A DNA stretch of 64,000 bases from Candidatus Eiseniibacteriota bacterium (GTDB taxonomy: Bacteria; Joyebacterota; Joyebacteria; Joyebacterales; Joyebacteraceae). Position 1 is the stretch's first letter. Every line of letters starts with the position of its first letter. The position numbers and the translations under genes are program-made. The stretch spans positions 24,583 through 88,582 of the forward strand of contig JBDRIO010000006.1 of assembly GCA_043815815.1 (NCBI GenBank). Direction: 5' to 3'. The notes beneath the pieces were generated by a model. The model did not search any database. It saw only the letters and a list, made by a program, of their open reading frames with translations, and was not told the origin of the DNA. Below, one piece after another: positions 12,211-20,872 of the stretch.

Positions 12211-13230
12211 ATGTTCGACGGCGACGCGACAAGAGAGACGCGACCCGGGAGCGTCCCCGCAGGGCCCGGAGGAGGCGGCACGTCCGTCCGTTCGGACATG
12301 TCGGTCGGCCTCGCGCGTGTGAGGCGGGTCGGCCGGCTCGCGGTCCTCTTCGCCATCGCGCTGTACGCGCTCTCGGGCATCTACGTCGTCCAGCCCGACG
12401 AGAGAGGAGTCGTTCGCCGCTTCGGTCGCGTCGTGGCGCCGTCCGTCGCCCCGGGCATCCACTACCGGGTCCCGTGGCCCGTCGACGCTGTCGACAGGCC
12501 ACAGGTGACCTCCATCAAACGCATGAGCGTGGGCTACAAGATCGTGGACGAGCTCAGGGGCCTGACACCCGAGCCGCGCGAAGCTCAGTTCGTGACGGGC
12601 GACGAGAACATCATCGAGATGCAGCTTCTGATCCAGTACGTGGTCAAGTCCCCGAGGGACTTCCTGTTCGCCTGCGAGGAGCCGCACTGGCTCGTGAGGC
12701 GGGTCGGGGAATCCGTGCTGACCGAGAAGATGAGCGGCATGCCGGTCGACGAGGTCCTGACGACCGCCAGGGTGGAGATCGCCACGGCCGTCAAGGAGGG
12801 CGCACAGGACGTCCTCGACGAGTACGGCGCGGGCATCGAGATCGTCGCTGCCCATCTGCAGGAGGCGAATCCGCCGAGGGAGGTCGCGGACGCGTTCCGG
12901 GAGGTCGCGAGCGCCCGGGAGGACAGAGACAGGATCATCCAGGAGGCGGAGGGATACCAGAACCGCGTCGTCCCCACGGCGAGAGGCGAGGCAGCCGGGC
13001 TACTGGCAGCGGCGACCGGCTACAGCGCCGAGAAGGTGGCGCGGGCCGAGGGCGAGGCGTCGAGATTCACGGCAATCCTCACCGAATACCGCAAGGCACG
13101 CGCGGCCACGTCGGAACGCATGTATCTCGAGACCATGGAGAAAGTGCTCAAGAGGGTCAGGAAGTACGTGTTCGACGAGAAGGCCGGCGACGGGGAACTG
13201 GACCTCCGTTTCCTGACGCCGAGGAAGTAG
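12211..13230 (+). CDS. hflK: SPFH/band-7 protease-modulator subunit, HflK-like
   Basis: ATG 12211 lies within track ORF 11599..13230. TM, then IYVVQPDERGVVRRFGRVVAPSVAPGIHYRVPWPVDAV and REDRDRIIQEAEGY. Confidence 0.85.
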   Translation: MFDGDATRETRPGSVPAGPGGGGTSVRSDMSVGLARVRRVGRLAVLFAIALYALSGIYVVQPDERGVVRRFGRVVAPSVAPGIHYRVPWPVDAVDRPQVTSIKRMSVGYKIVDELRGLTPEPREAQFVTGDENIIEMQLLIQYVVKSPRDFLFACEEPHWLVRRVGESVLTEKMSGMPVDEVLTTARVEIATAVKEGAQDVLDEYGAGIEIVAAHLQEANPPREVADAFREVASAREDRDRIIQEAEGYQNRVVPTARGEAAGLLAAATGYSAEKVARAEGEASRFTAILTEYRKARAATSERMYLETMEKVLKRVRKYVFDEKAGDGELDLRFLTPRK

Positions 13231-13327
13231 TCTCGCGTCCCGTTTCGCGTACTTCGTCCGGCCAACACACGGGCGTTTACGCTTGACGCGAAGGCGGCCG
13301 ACCCGATACACTTTTTGAGACCATAAT

Positions 13328-13368
13328 CCCCGACCCGGTCCCATCTTCTGAGGGGTCGGGGCTTTGTT
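13328..13368 (+). terminator. Rho-independent terminator after hflK
   Basis: 9-bp GC stem ccccgaccc / gggtcgggg with a 16-nt loop, followed by ctttgtt. Confidence 0.6.
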
Positions 13369-13605
13369 CGACCCGCGAGCAGCATTCGGTTGAAAGGACT
13401 GTCTGTTACTTGCAGGCTTGGGCGGCATCACCCTCAGGGTCACGCGCGACGCTCTAAGGTAGCCCCGGGGTCGTTCCTCCGACGGGGAGCGGCGCCGGTT
13501 TTGCGCGCGCAGAGGGTCTGAGGGAGATCCCGGCACGATGGGGGAGCCGCCCCCGGAGGACAAAGGGACCAGTCGCGTCACCCCAACCCAAGAGGGCATG
13601 CCACG

Positions 13606-14673
13606 ATGAAAGAGGTCTTCATCGGAAGAGAGAATCTCGGGAAGCTCATAGGGAGGTGGGCCAAAGAGCACCGGGTCTACGTTCCTGTCACGTTCGAGAT
13701 AATGAACCACGAGGAGACGCCCGACTACGAACCCGTCGGCGACGTGGTTCCCGAGAACATGCATCTCGAGGGCGCGGCGCCCGCCCACGCCCCCAAGTCG
13801 TTCCTCTTCTACCCGCGTGAGGTCGTCGCGAAGTACCCGTCGAGCGACCCCGAGGCCGGGGTAGACGCGCCGCCCACGATCGTCGTGGGTCCGCGGGGCT
13901 GTGACGTGCGGGGGCTCCAGAAGTTCGACAAGGTCTACTGGAGCACGGAGCACTTCACCGAGGAGTACGACGACCCGTTCTACATCGAGAAGAGGAAGAA
14001 CACCTACATCGTCTCGGTCGACTGCACCGCCGCCAAGGAGACCTGCTTCTGCACGAAGGTCGGCGGCGGGCCTTATCCCGAGGACGGGTTCGACCTCAAC
14101 CTGGCTCCCATCGAGCCGGGTTTCGTTCTGACGGTCGGGTCCGAGAAGGGCGAGCGGCTCCTCGCCGGCAACGACGACCTCCTCATGGAGGTCCGGCAGG
14201 AGCACCAGCAGGAGCGGACGCGCAACCGCAATTCGGTCGCGGAAGCGGTGAACAGGCACAACGCCGAGTTCGAGGTCGACGCTGCGCACGACAAGTACGA
14301 CCTCGAGGGCACGCTCGAGGCGTGGATGGACGTAACGAAGAACTGCGTGGCCTGCTCGGCGTGCAACCGCACGTGCCCGACGTGCACGTGCTTCCTCCTG
14401 GTCGACCAGCGCGCGACGGGCGGCTACGAGCGGACGCGCAACTGGGACACGTGCCTGTCGATCGGCTTCGCCCGCACGGGAGGCGGCGGCAACTCGCGCG
14501 CGGCCCTCGCCGAAAGGCTCAGGAACAGGCTGCGCTGCAAGTTCGAGTACTCGCGAGACAGATACGGCCTCGTCACATGCACGGGCTGCGGCAGGTGCAT
14601 CGACGTCTGCATGGGCAGGATCGACATGAGGGAGGCCATCAAGCACGTCCTCACGGAGAATGCGAAGGCATGA
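13606..14673 (+). CDS. 4Fe-4S dicluster protein, sulfhydrogenase beta (HydB) / AsrA-like electron-transfer subunit
   Basis: 355 aa. Cys clusters NCVACSACNRTCPTCTCF and CTGCGRCIDVCMG. Confidence 0.75.
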   Translation: MKEVFIGRENLGKLIGRWAKEHRVYVPVTFEIMNHEETPDYEPVGDVVPENMHLEGAAPAHAPKSFLFYPREVVAKYPSSDPEAGVDAPPTIVVGPRGCDVRGLQKFDKVYWSTEHFTEEYDDPFYIEKRKNTYIVSVDCTAAKETCFCTKVGGGPYPEDGFDLNLAPIEPGFVLTVGSEKGERLLAGNDDLLMEVRQEHQQERTRNRNSVAEAVNRHNAEFEVDAAHDKYDLEGTLEAWMDVTKNCVACSACNRTCPTCTCFLLVDQRATGGYERTRNWDTCLSIGFARTGGGGNSRAALAERLRNRLRCKFEYSRDRYGLVTCTGCGRCIDVCMGRIDMREAIKHVLTENAKA

Positions 14674-15515
14674 AGAACCTTTACAGGCCAATCGAGAGCG
14701 TGATCGAGGACATCAAGCCCGAGACGCCGAACATCACCACCTACAGGTTCCGTCCGAAGGAGCCGGTGACGTTCGAGGCCGGGCAGTTCGTGGAGCTGAC
14801 GGTTCCCGGGGTAGGGGAGGCGCCGTTCACGCCGTCCTCGAACCCGAACGTGAAGGACACGCTCGAGATCACCATCATGCGGGTCGGGACCGTGACGGCC
14901 GCCCTCGAGAAGATGAAGGTGGGAGACACCGTGGGCCTGCGGGGCCCCTACGGAAACGGCTACAACATGGAGGACTTCTACGGCAAGGAGGTCCTCATCA
15001 TGGGCGGAGGCGTGGGACTGGCGCCTCTCCGTTCCCTCATCCTTGCGCTCTTCGACGAGATCGACAAGTTCGAGAGGATCTCGATCCGATACGGCGCCAG
15101 GACGCCCGCCGACATCGTGTACAGGGAGCTCATCCCTGAGTGGAAGAAGATGAAGAACACGGAGGTCCTCCTGACCATCGACGAGCCTCATCCGGAGTGG
15201 AGCGGAACCGTCGGCGTCGTCACCGTTCTGCTCGACGGCCTGCCGCTCCTGACGACGGTCGACGTCGAGGACCTGCCGTTCCACGCAGAGAGCGCGGTCG
15301 CCTGCGTCTGCGGGCCGCCCATCATGCTCAAGTTCGTCAACATGACGCTCCTGCAGAAGGGCTTCAAGCCGGAAAACATCTATCACTCGATGGAGCGCAA
15401 CATGAGCTGCGGTCTCGGCAAGTGCGGGCACTGCATGATGGGTGAGTACTACATCTGCAAGGACGGCCCGGTGATGACGGCGGCGCAGGTCGCGAAATTC
15501 GAAGATCCGTTCTAG
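14670..15515 (+). CDS. FAD/NAD(P)-binding oxidoreductase with C-terminal 2Fe-2S, sulfhydrogenase gamma (HydG) / AsrB / PyrK-like
   Basis: The ATG overlaps the upstream stop (ATGA). FAD-binding barrel YRFRPKEP..FEAGQFVEL, NAD(P) fold LIMGGGVGLAPL, and cluster motif SCGLGKCGHCMMG. Confidence 0.8.
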   Translation: MKNLYRPIESVIEDIKPETPNITTYRFRPKEPVTFEAGQFVELTVPGVGEAPFTPSSNPNVKDTLEITIMRVGTVTAALEKMKVGDTVGLRGPYGNGYNMEDFYGKEVLIMGGGVGLAPLRSLILALFDEIDKFERISIRYGARTPADIVYRELIPEWKKMKNTEVLLTIDEPHPEWSGTVGVVTVLLDGLPLLTTVDVEDLPFHAESAVACVCGPPIMLKFVNMTLLQKGFKPENIYHSMERNMSCGLGKCGHCMMGEYYICKDGPVMTAAQVAKFEDPF

Positions 15516-15542
15516 GGGTTCTCGCTCGAGGGGTTAGCCGAA

Positions 15543-17234
15543 ATGCCAGAGACTAAGAAGGCGTCGTGTCTCTTCTGTTCGCTCCAGTGCGGCTTCGCAA
15601 TGGAGATGGACGCGGGCGTACCTGTGCGGGTCGACTTCGACACCGAGGCGCGCCAGAACAAGGGCTCGCTGTGCGTCCGGGGACACTACAATCACGAGCT
15701 TCTGACTCATCCGAAAAGGTTCCTGGCCGCGACGGTCAACAGACGCAGGGTGCCGTGGACGAGCGGTGTGACCAAGGTCGCGGGCGGGCTCGCGGAGATC
15801 AAAGAGAGCCACGGTGGAGACGCGGTCGGCGTCATCGTCGGGACGGAGCTCTCCAACGAGGACTACGATGCGACGGCGGCGTTCGCCGCGGGCGTTCTGG
15901 GGACCGCGAACGTGGCGGTCGCCTACGACGGAAGCGACTTCCCGCTCCTGATGGGCGGGGGCGCCGGCGACGCTACGCCCGAAGACCTCGACTCGGCCGA
16001 CTGCTTCGTCCTGGTCGGCGACGTATTCTGGGGTCACCCGTGCGTGGCCAAGCGCGCGATCGCGGCGCGTCACGAGGCCAGGTCGAACCGCATCTTCACG
16101 ATCAACCCCTACCGCACGAACACAGACTGGTTCGCCGACCGCCAGATGACGGTGTCGCCCGGCGCGGAGCCCGTGGTGCTCGCCGGACTCCTGCGGGCGA
16201 TGAACGCTCAGGGCGCGCCCGACGTGTCTGTGGCGAAGGCCGCGGACGCGGCGGGGATGAGCGAGGCGGAGTTCCAGTCCATCGCCTCGAACATCCGCGA
16301 GCACCACAAGGTGGTGGTGCTCGTCTCGTCGAGGCTCGGCGACTCCGTCGCCGGCTACCTCACAGGCTCGCTGGCAGCCGCTCTCGCCCGGGCCACGGGC
16401 GGCAAGTACGGCCCGCTCTTCCGGGGCGGGAACGCCATCGGGGCCTCCGAGAGGATCGGTTCCCGGAAGACCGTCCCCGACATCCTGAAGGGCGTCGCGG
16501 GCGGCACCATCAAGGGTCTCATCGTCCTCGGTCCCGACATCCTCCAGCTCTACCCGGGCGCTCTGGGCGCGGACGACATCGAGGGGCTTTCGCTTCTCGC
16601 CGCGTCCTCAGTGTTCGAGAACGACGTCACGAAGCACAGCGACGTCGGGCTCCCTCAGACCGTGTGGACCGAGACGGAAGGGTCGTACTCGGCCTCCTTC
16701 GGCATCGCCACGTCGATGTCTCCGGTCGCCGCTCCGCAGGGCGACGCGACGTCGGTGGCCGAGATGCTCGCGAAGATCGCCTCCGGGATGGGCGCCTCTC
16801 TCGGGTCCGCGAAGGCGGTCGCCGAGCACCCGCCCGTCGAGATAGACGTTTCCGCCTCGCTCGCGAGGCTCGCAGCGCCGCCGTCAGAGGACGGCCTGCG
16901 CCTGATCGAGTGCATCAGTCCGCTTCACAGGTGGGACGGAACGATAACCGGACGCATGAGTTTCGCGCAGTCGATCTCGCCGTACTGCGACGTGTGGATC
17001 GGCGAGGAATCGGCGGCGGAGCGCGGAGTCGGACAGGGCGCGACGGTCGCGCTCTCCACCGACCGCGGAGAGACCCACATCATCGCGACCGTGACCGGCA
17101 GGATGCCGAACTCGCTCGTCGCGATACCCAGCTACGTGCCGGACGCACGCGGCCTCCTGACGTGGACCGCGAACGCCGGCACGAGGTGGTTCGATGTGTC
17201 CGCCTCCACGGCGAAGGTGACGCCGGAGGCGTAA
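15543..17234 (+). CDS. Molybdopterin-oxidoreductase family protein, FdhH/NuoG-like (short, 563 aa)
   Basis: N-terminal 4Fe-4S motif CLFCSLQCGF..SLCVRGH, an MGD-binding-like core, and a C-terminal beta-barrel domain GATVALSTDRGETHIIATVTGRMP. No Cys or in-frame TGA was seen where FdhH has Sec/Cys. Confidence 0.7.
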   Translation: MPETKKASCLFCSLQCGFAMEMDAGVPVRVDFDTEARQNKGSLCVRGHYNHELLTHPKRFLAATVNRRRVPWTSGVTKVAGGLAEIKESHGGDAVGVIVGTELSNEDYDATAAFAAGVLGTANVAVAYDGSDFPLLMGGGAGDATPEDLDSADCFVLVGDVFWGHPCVAKRAIAARHEARSNRIFTINPYRTNTDWFADRQMTVSPGAEPVVLAGLLRAMNAQGAPDVSVAKAADAAGMSEAEFQSIASNIREHHKVVVLVSSRLGDSVAGYLTGSLAAALARATGGKYGPLFRGGNAIGASERIGSRKTVPDILKGVAGGTIKGLIVLGPDILQLYPGALGADDIEGLSLLAASSVFENDVTKHSDVGLPQTVWTETEGSYSASFGIATSMSPVAAPQGDATSVAEMLAKIASGMGASLGSAKAVAEHPPVEIDVSASLARLAAPPSEDGLRLIECISPLHRWDGTITGRMSFAQSISPYCDVWIGEESAAERGVGQGATVALSTDRGETHIIATVTGRMPNSLVAIPSYVPDARGLLTWTANAGTRWFDVSASTAKVTPEA

Positions 17235-17285
17235 GGACCGGGCGGCAGCGAGAACGGGCCGCGCCGCTCATACCGGGAGATCTGG

Positions 17286-17768
17286 ATGAACAAGAGGAAC
17301 GTCCTGGACTACGGACGCTGCATCAGTTGTCGAAGCTGCATCGCGGCGTGCTTCTACTCCCACAACGACCAGGATCATCTCGAAGCCTCGTCGGTCCTGG
17401 TGAACACCGTGCTGCAGATGAACTGCAGGCACTGCGAGCAGCCGCTCTGTGAGGCGGCGTGCCCACAGGAGGCGATCAAGCGCAGGGACGACGGTCTGGT
17501 CATCCGCAGCAACGTGAAGTGCAGCGGGTGCACGTCGTGCTCGCAGGCGTGTCCGTTCGGGGCGATAGATCTCGTGAAGACGCGCCACAACATGCCGAAG
17601 TGCGACCTCTGCAGCTGGCGAACCCTCGAGGACAAGGACACGATGTGTGCGGGGACGTGTGTCTCGGGCGCCCGGACCTTCGAGGACATCGGTGACATCG
17701 ACGCTCAGAGAGGCAGACCGATGAGGGGCGGCCGCACCGTCGAGAAGACCGTGCGACGCGAGCGCTAG
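17286..17768 (+). CDS. 4Fe-4S ferredoxin-type electron-transfer subunit (HycB/DmsB-like)
   Basis: CISCRSCIAAC, CRHCEQPLCEAACP, CSGCTSCSQACP, CDLC..C..GTC. Confidence 0.85.
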   Translation: MNKRNVLDYGRCISCRSCIAACFYSHNDQDHLEASSVLVNTVLQMNCRHCEQPLCEAACPQEAIKRRDDGLVIRSNVKCSGCTSCSQACPFGAIDLVKTRHNMPKCDLCSWRTLEDKDTMCAGTCVSGARTFEDIGDIDAQRGRPMRGGRTVEKTVRRER

Positions 17769-17814
17769 ACCCTCTGTTCGTAGACTGTGCTGAGACCAAC
17801 GGAGAGGTAACAGG

Positions 17815-18753
17815 ATGGCTTCGACACTGAGCATGATTCTCTACTTCCTGATCTTCCCGGGCCTGCTCTTCACGGCGGCCGTCGGGCTACTGACGACGTG
17901 GGTGGACAGGAAGGTATCGGCGCGCGTCCAGTGGAGAGTTGGGCCGCCCTGGTATCAGCCCTTCGCTGACGTTCTGAAGCTCCTCGGGAAGGAGATCATG
18001 ATTCCCGAGGGTGCGAAGCGGACAGGGTTCCTGCTCGCCCCGCTGGCCGGCTTCGCTGCGGTGGGTGTGGTGTCGATGATGCTCTGGCTGACCAACATGA
18101 GGGGCACCGGCTTCGTGGGCGACCTGATCGGAGTCATCTACCTCCTCACGATCCCGTCCCTGGGCATGATCATCGGAGCGTCCGCCTCGTCGAATCCGCT
18201 CGCGAGCGTGGGTGCCTCCCGCGAGATGAAGCTCGTCCTGGCGTACGAACTCCCGTTCGTCATCGCCATCTTCACGGCGGTCTCCAAGATCTCGCCGATG
18301 TCGCTGAGACTCGAATCGATCCTAGCGTACCAGGACGTGAACGGCGTTCTCCTCGGCAACGCGTCCTGCATCATCGCGTTCATCGTCTGCCTCCTCTGCA
18401 TGCAAGCCAAGCTCACCTACCCTCCGTTCGACATCCCGGAGGCGGAGACCGAGCTCATGGACGGCACGCACATGGAGTACTCGGGCCCGGCTCTCGCGGT
18501 CGTCAAGGTGACGCAGGCGATGATGCTCTTCACACTTCCCGTCTTCTTCATCACCATCTTCTGGGGCGGGCTCCAGCTGACCGGTTGGGGCATCCTTTAC
18601 ACGATCGTGAAGTACGTCATCATCGTGACCGTCGCCGTGCTCATCAAGAACACGAATCCCAGGGTGAGGATCGACCAGGCCGTGCGTTTCTTCTGGGGGC
18701 CTGTGACCGTTCTCGCCATCATCGGCATGATCCTCGCGCTCGCGGGGTTCTAG
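17815..18753 (+). CDS. Membrane subunit of group-4 hydrogenase, NuoH/HycD/MbhM-like
   Basis: 312 aa polytopic protein. VDRKVSARVQWRVGPPWYQPFADVLKLLGKE is typical of the NuoH family. Confidence 0.88.
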   Translation: MASTLSMILYFLIFPGLLFTAAVGLLTTWVDRKVSARVQWRVGPPWYQPFADVLKLLGKEIMIPEGAKRTGFLLAPLAGFAAVGVVSMMLWLTNMRGTGFVGDLIGVIYLLTIPSLGMIIGASASSNPLASVGASREMKLVLAYELPFVIAIFTAVSKISPMSLRLESILAYQDVNGVLLGNASCIIAFIVCLLCMQAKLTYPPFDIPEAETELMDGTHMEYSGPALAVVKVTQAMMLFTLPVFFITIFWGGLQLTGWGILYTIVKYVIIVTVAVLIKNTNPRVRIDQAVRFFWGPVTVLAIIGMILALAGF

Positions 18754-18774
18754 GTCGAACGGAGCGAGGAACGA

Positions 18775-19188
18775 ATGGGCGCAACGAATTGGGGATTCAA
18801 GAAGTCCTTGTGGGTCTTCCACCTGAACGCGGGAGCCTGCAACAACTGCGACATTGAGGTCCTGGACTGCCTCTGTCCGAAGTACGACGTGGAGCGCTTC
18901 GGGATCAAGCTGGTGGGCAGCGTGAAGCACGCCGACGTGCTTCTCGTGTCGGGCAGCGTTCCGCGCAAGATCGTGCCGCAGGTCATAGAGACGTACGAGC
19001 AGGCGCCGAAGCCGGTCGCCGTCGTCGCTCTTGGCGCGTGCGGATGCACGGGCGGCATCTTCAAGGACGGCTACAACTTCGCGGGGCCGGTCGACAAGCA
19101 CATCCCCGTGGACGCCTACGTTCCGGGTTGTCCCCCGAGGCCCGAGGCGATCATAGACGGTATCGTCAAACTCATGGGGAAGCTCTAG
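18775..19188 (+). CDS. [NiFe]-hydrogenase small subunit, NuoB/HycG/MbhJ-like
   Basis: 137 aa. Proximal-cluster cysteines GACNNCDIE, GACGCTGG, GCPPRPEA. Confidence 0.92.
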   Translation: MGATNWGFKKSLWVFHLNAGACNNCDIEVLDCLCPKYDVERFGIKLVGSVKHADVLLVSGSVPRKIVPQVIETYEQAPKPVAVVALGACGCTGGIFKDGYNFAGPVDKHIPVDAYVPGCPPRPEAIIDGIVKLMGKL

Positions 19189-19252
19189 GAGCGAAGCCGC
19201 CCGCCCGAGAGGTCGAGGGGCGTTCGAATCCGGATACGGGAGTGACCAGACG

Positions 19253-19681
19253 ATGAGTAAGCAGGTTCTCGAGGCTCTGAAATCCAAGTTCGGCGACAGG
19301 GTCGACGTCCTGGAGCGGAACGAACGCCGGGCGTACGTCACCGTTTCGAACGAAGACTGGATCCCGGTGACCAGACACATGTACGAGGTGGCGAAGGGGA
19401 GACTGGCGACGGCGACGGGCAGCGACAGGACGACGGGAGTCGAACTCCTCTTCCACTTCGCGATCGACCGCGACGGGACGGTCGTCAACATAAGGACGAC
19501 GCTTCCGAAGCCGTTCCCCAGGATCGAGTCGCTGACCCAGTACTACCCGGCGGCCGACTTCATCGAGAGAGAGATCTACGACTTTCTAGGCGTCGAATTC
19601 ACAGGACATCCGGATCCGAGGAAGATCCTCTCCTCACACGATCGCCCCGCGGATTTCCACGCGATGAGGAGGGACGAGTAG
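19253..19681 (+). CDS. NuoC/MbhK-like hydrogenase subunit
   Basis: 142 aa. AADFIEREIYDFLGVEFTGHPD is the NuoC-family signature. Confidence 0.88.
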   Translation: MSKQVLEALKSKFGDRVDVLERNERRAYVTVSNEDWIPVTRHMYEVAKGRLATATGSDRTTGVELLFHFAIDRDGTVVNIRTTLPKPFPRIESLTQYYPAADFIEREIYDFLGVEFTGHPDPRKILSSHDRPADFHAMRRDE

Positions 19682-20854
19682 ATGAGCACGACGATTCCGA
19701 TCGGACCGTTCCATCCCGTCCTCGAGGAACCGGAGTACATCTCTCTGTACGTGGACGGCGAGACCGTGACGGGCGCCGACATAGACCTCGGGCGCGTTCA
19801 CAGAGGCATCGAGCTTCTGGCTCAGGAGAAGACGTACGACCAGGACACGTTCCTCGTCGAGAGGATCTGCGGGATCTGCTCGGCGTCTCACTGCTGGGCG
19901 TCCGTTCTGGCGATGGAGGACATCGCAGGCGTGGGTCCCTCCGACCGCGCGCGCTACCTCCGGACGATCGTCCACGAACTCGAGAGGCTGCACAGCCACA
20001 TGCTGTGGGTAGGACTCGGCGGGCACATCCTCGGGTACTGGACCGTTTTCATGTGGGGCTGGAAGTACCGCGAGCCCATCCTCGACGCGCTCGAAGCGAT
20101 CACGGGCAACCGGAACAACTACGCGTGGTACCGTCCGGGCGGCGTACGCAGGGACGTGGCCGACGAGATCTGGCCCGGGGTCCTCAAGATCCTCGACGAT
20201 TTCGACGGACAGGTCGACCTCCTGACCGGAGCCATCCTGGATGACCCCGTTATCCTGGGACGACTCAAGGGCGTGGGCATCCTGACGACGGAAGACGCCA
20301 TCAAGTACGGAGCGCTCGGCCCGACGGCGCGCGGCTCCGGTGTCGACATCGACGTCCGGCGCGACGAGCCCTACGGCGCCTACTCCGAGGTCGACTGGAA
20401 CGTCATCGTGCAGGACGGCTGCGACTGCCTCGCGGTCGCCGTGGTCCGGCTCCTCGAGATGAAGGAGTCAGTGAAGATAGTAAGGCAGTGCATCGAGAAG
20501 CTGCCGGGCGGCCCCATCGCCAACGAGATCCGCGAGATCCCCAGAGGCGAGGGCGTGGGCCACATCGAGGCGCCGAGAGGCGAGAGCTTCCACTTCATCC
20601 GCTCGAACGGCACGAACATGCCCGAGCGGCACAAGATAAGGGCGCCGACGTTCAACAACATCCCGACGTACCGGCCGCGTGTCGTGGGCGAGACGATCGC
20701 GGACGCGTGCCTCATCTTCGCCATTATCGACCCGTGCTACAGCTGCACGGAGCGAATGGCCGTTCTGGGGCCCGACGGCCGGCCGTACATGGGCGGCAAG
20801 GACCTGATCGCGCTCTCGCACGCGAAGACCGAAGCTCTCAGGAAGAGCTCCTAG
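19682..20854 (+). CDS. [NiFe]-hydrogenase large (catalytic) subunit, group 4, NuoD/HycE/MbhL-like
   Basis: N-terminal Ni-Fe motif ERICGICSASH and C-terminal motif DPCYSCTER. A 32-aa C-terminal extension follows. The start codon abuts the upstream stop. Confidence 0.93.
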   Translation: MSTTIPIGPFHPVLEEPEYISLYVDGETVTGADIDLGRVHRGIELLAQEKTYDQDTFLVERICGICSASHCWASVLAMEDIAGVGPSDRARYLRTIVHELERLHSHMLWVGLGGHILGYWTVFMWGWKYREPILDALEAITGNRNNYAWYRPGGVRRDVADEIWPGVLKILDDFDGQVDLLTGAILDDPVILGRLKGVGILTTEDAIKYGALGPTARGSGVDIDVRRDEPYGAYSEVDWNVIVQDGCDCLAVAVVRLLEMKESVKIVRQCIEKLPGGPIANEIREIPRGEGVGHIEAPRGESFHFIRSNGTNMPERHKIRAPTFNNIPTYRPRVVGETIADACLIFAIIDPCYSCTERMAVLGPDGRPYMGGKDLIALSHAKTEALRKSS

Positions 20855-20872
20855 TCCCCGGGGGTGCAAGAG

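Noticed and set aside
15566-17452. 628-aa plus-strand ORF rich in Arg/Gly
   Set aside because: It is the +1 alternative frame of the molybdopterin-oxidoreductase gene. It has implausible composition, whereas the 15543 frame has clear family motifs.
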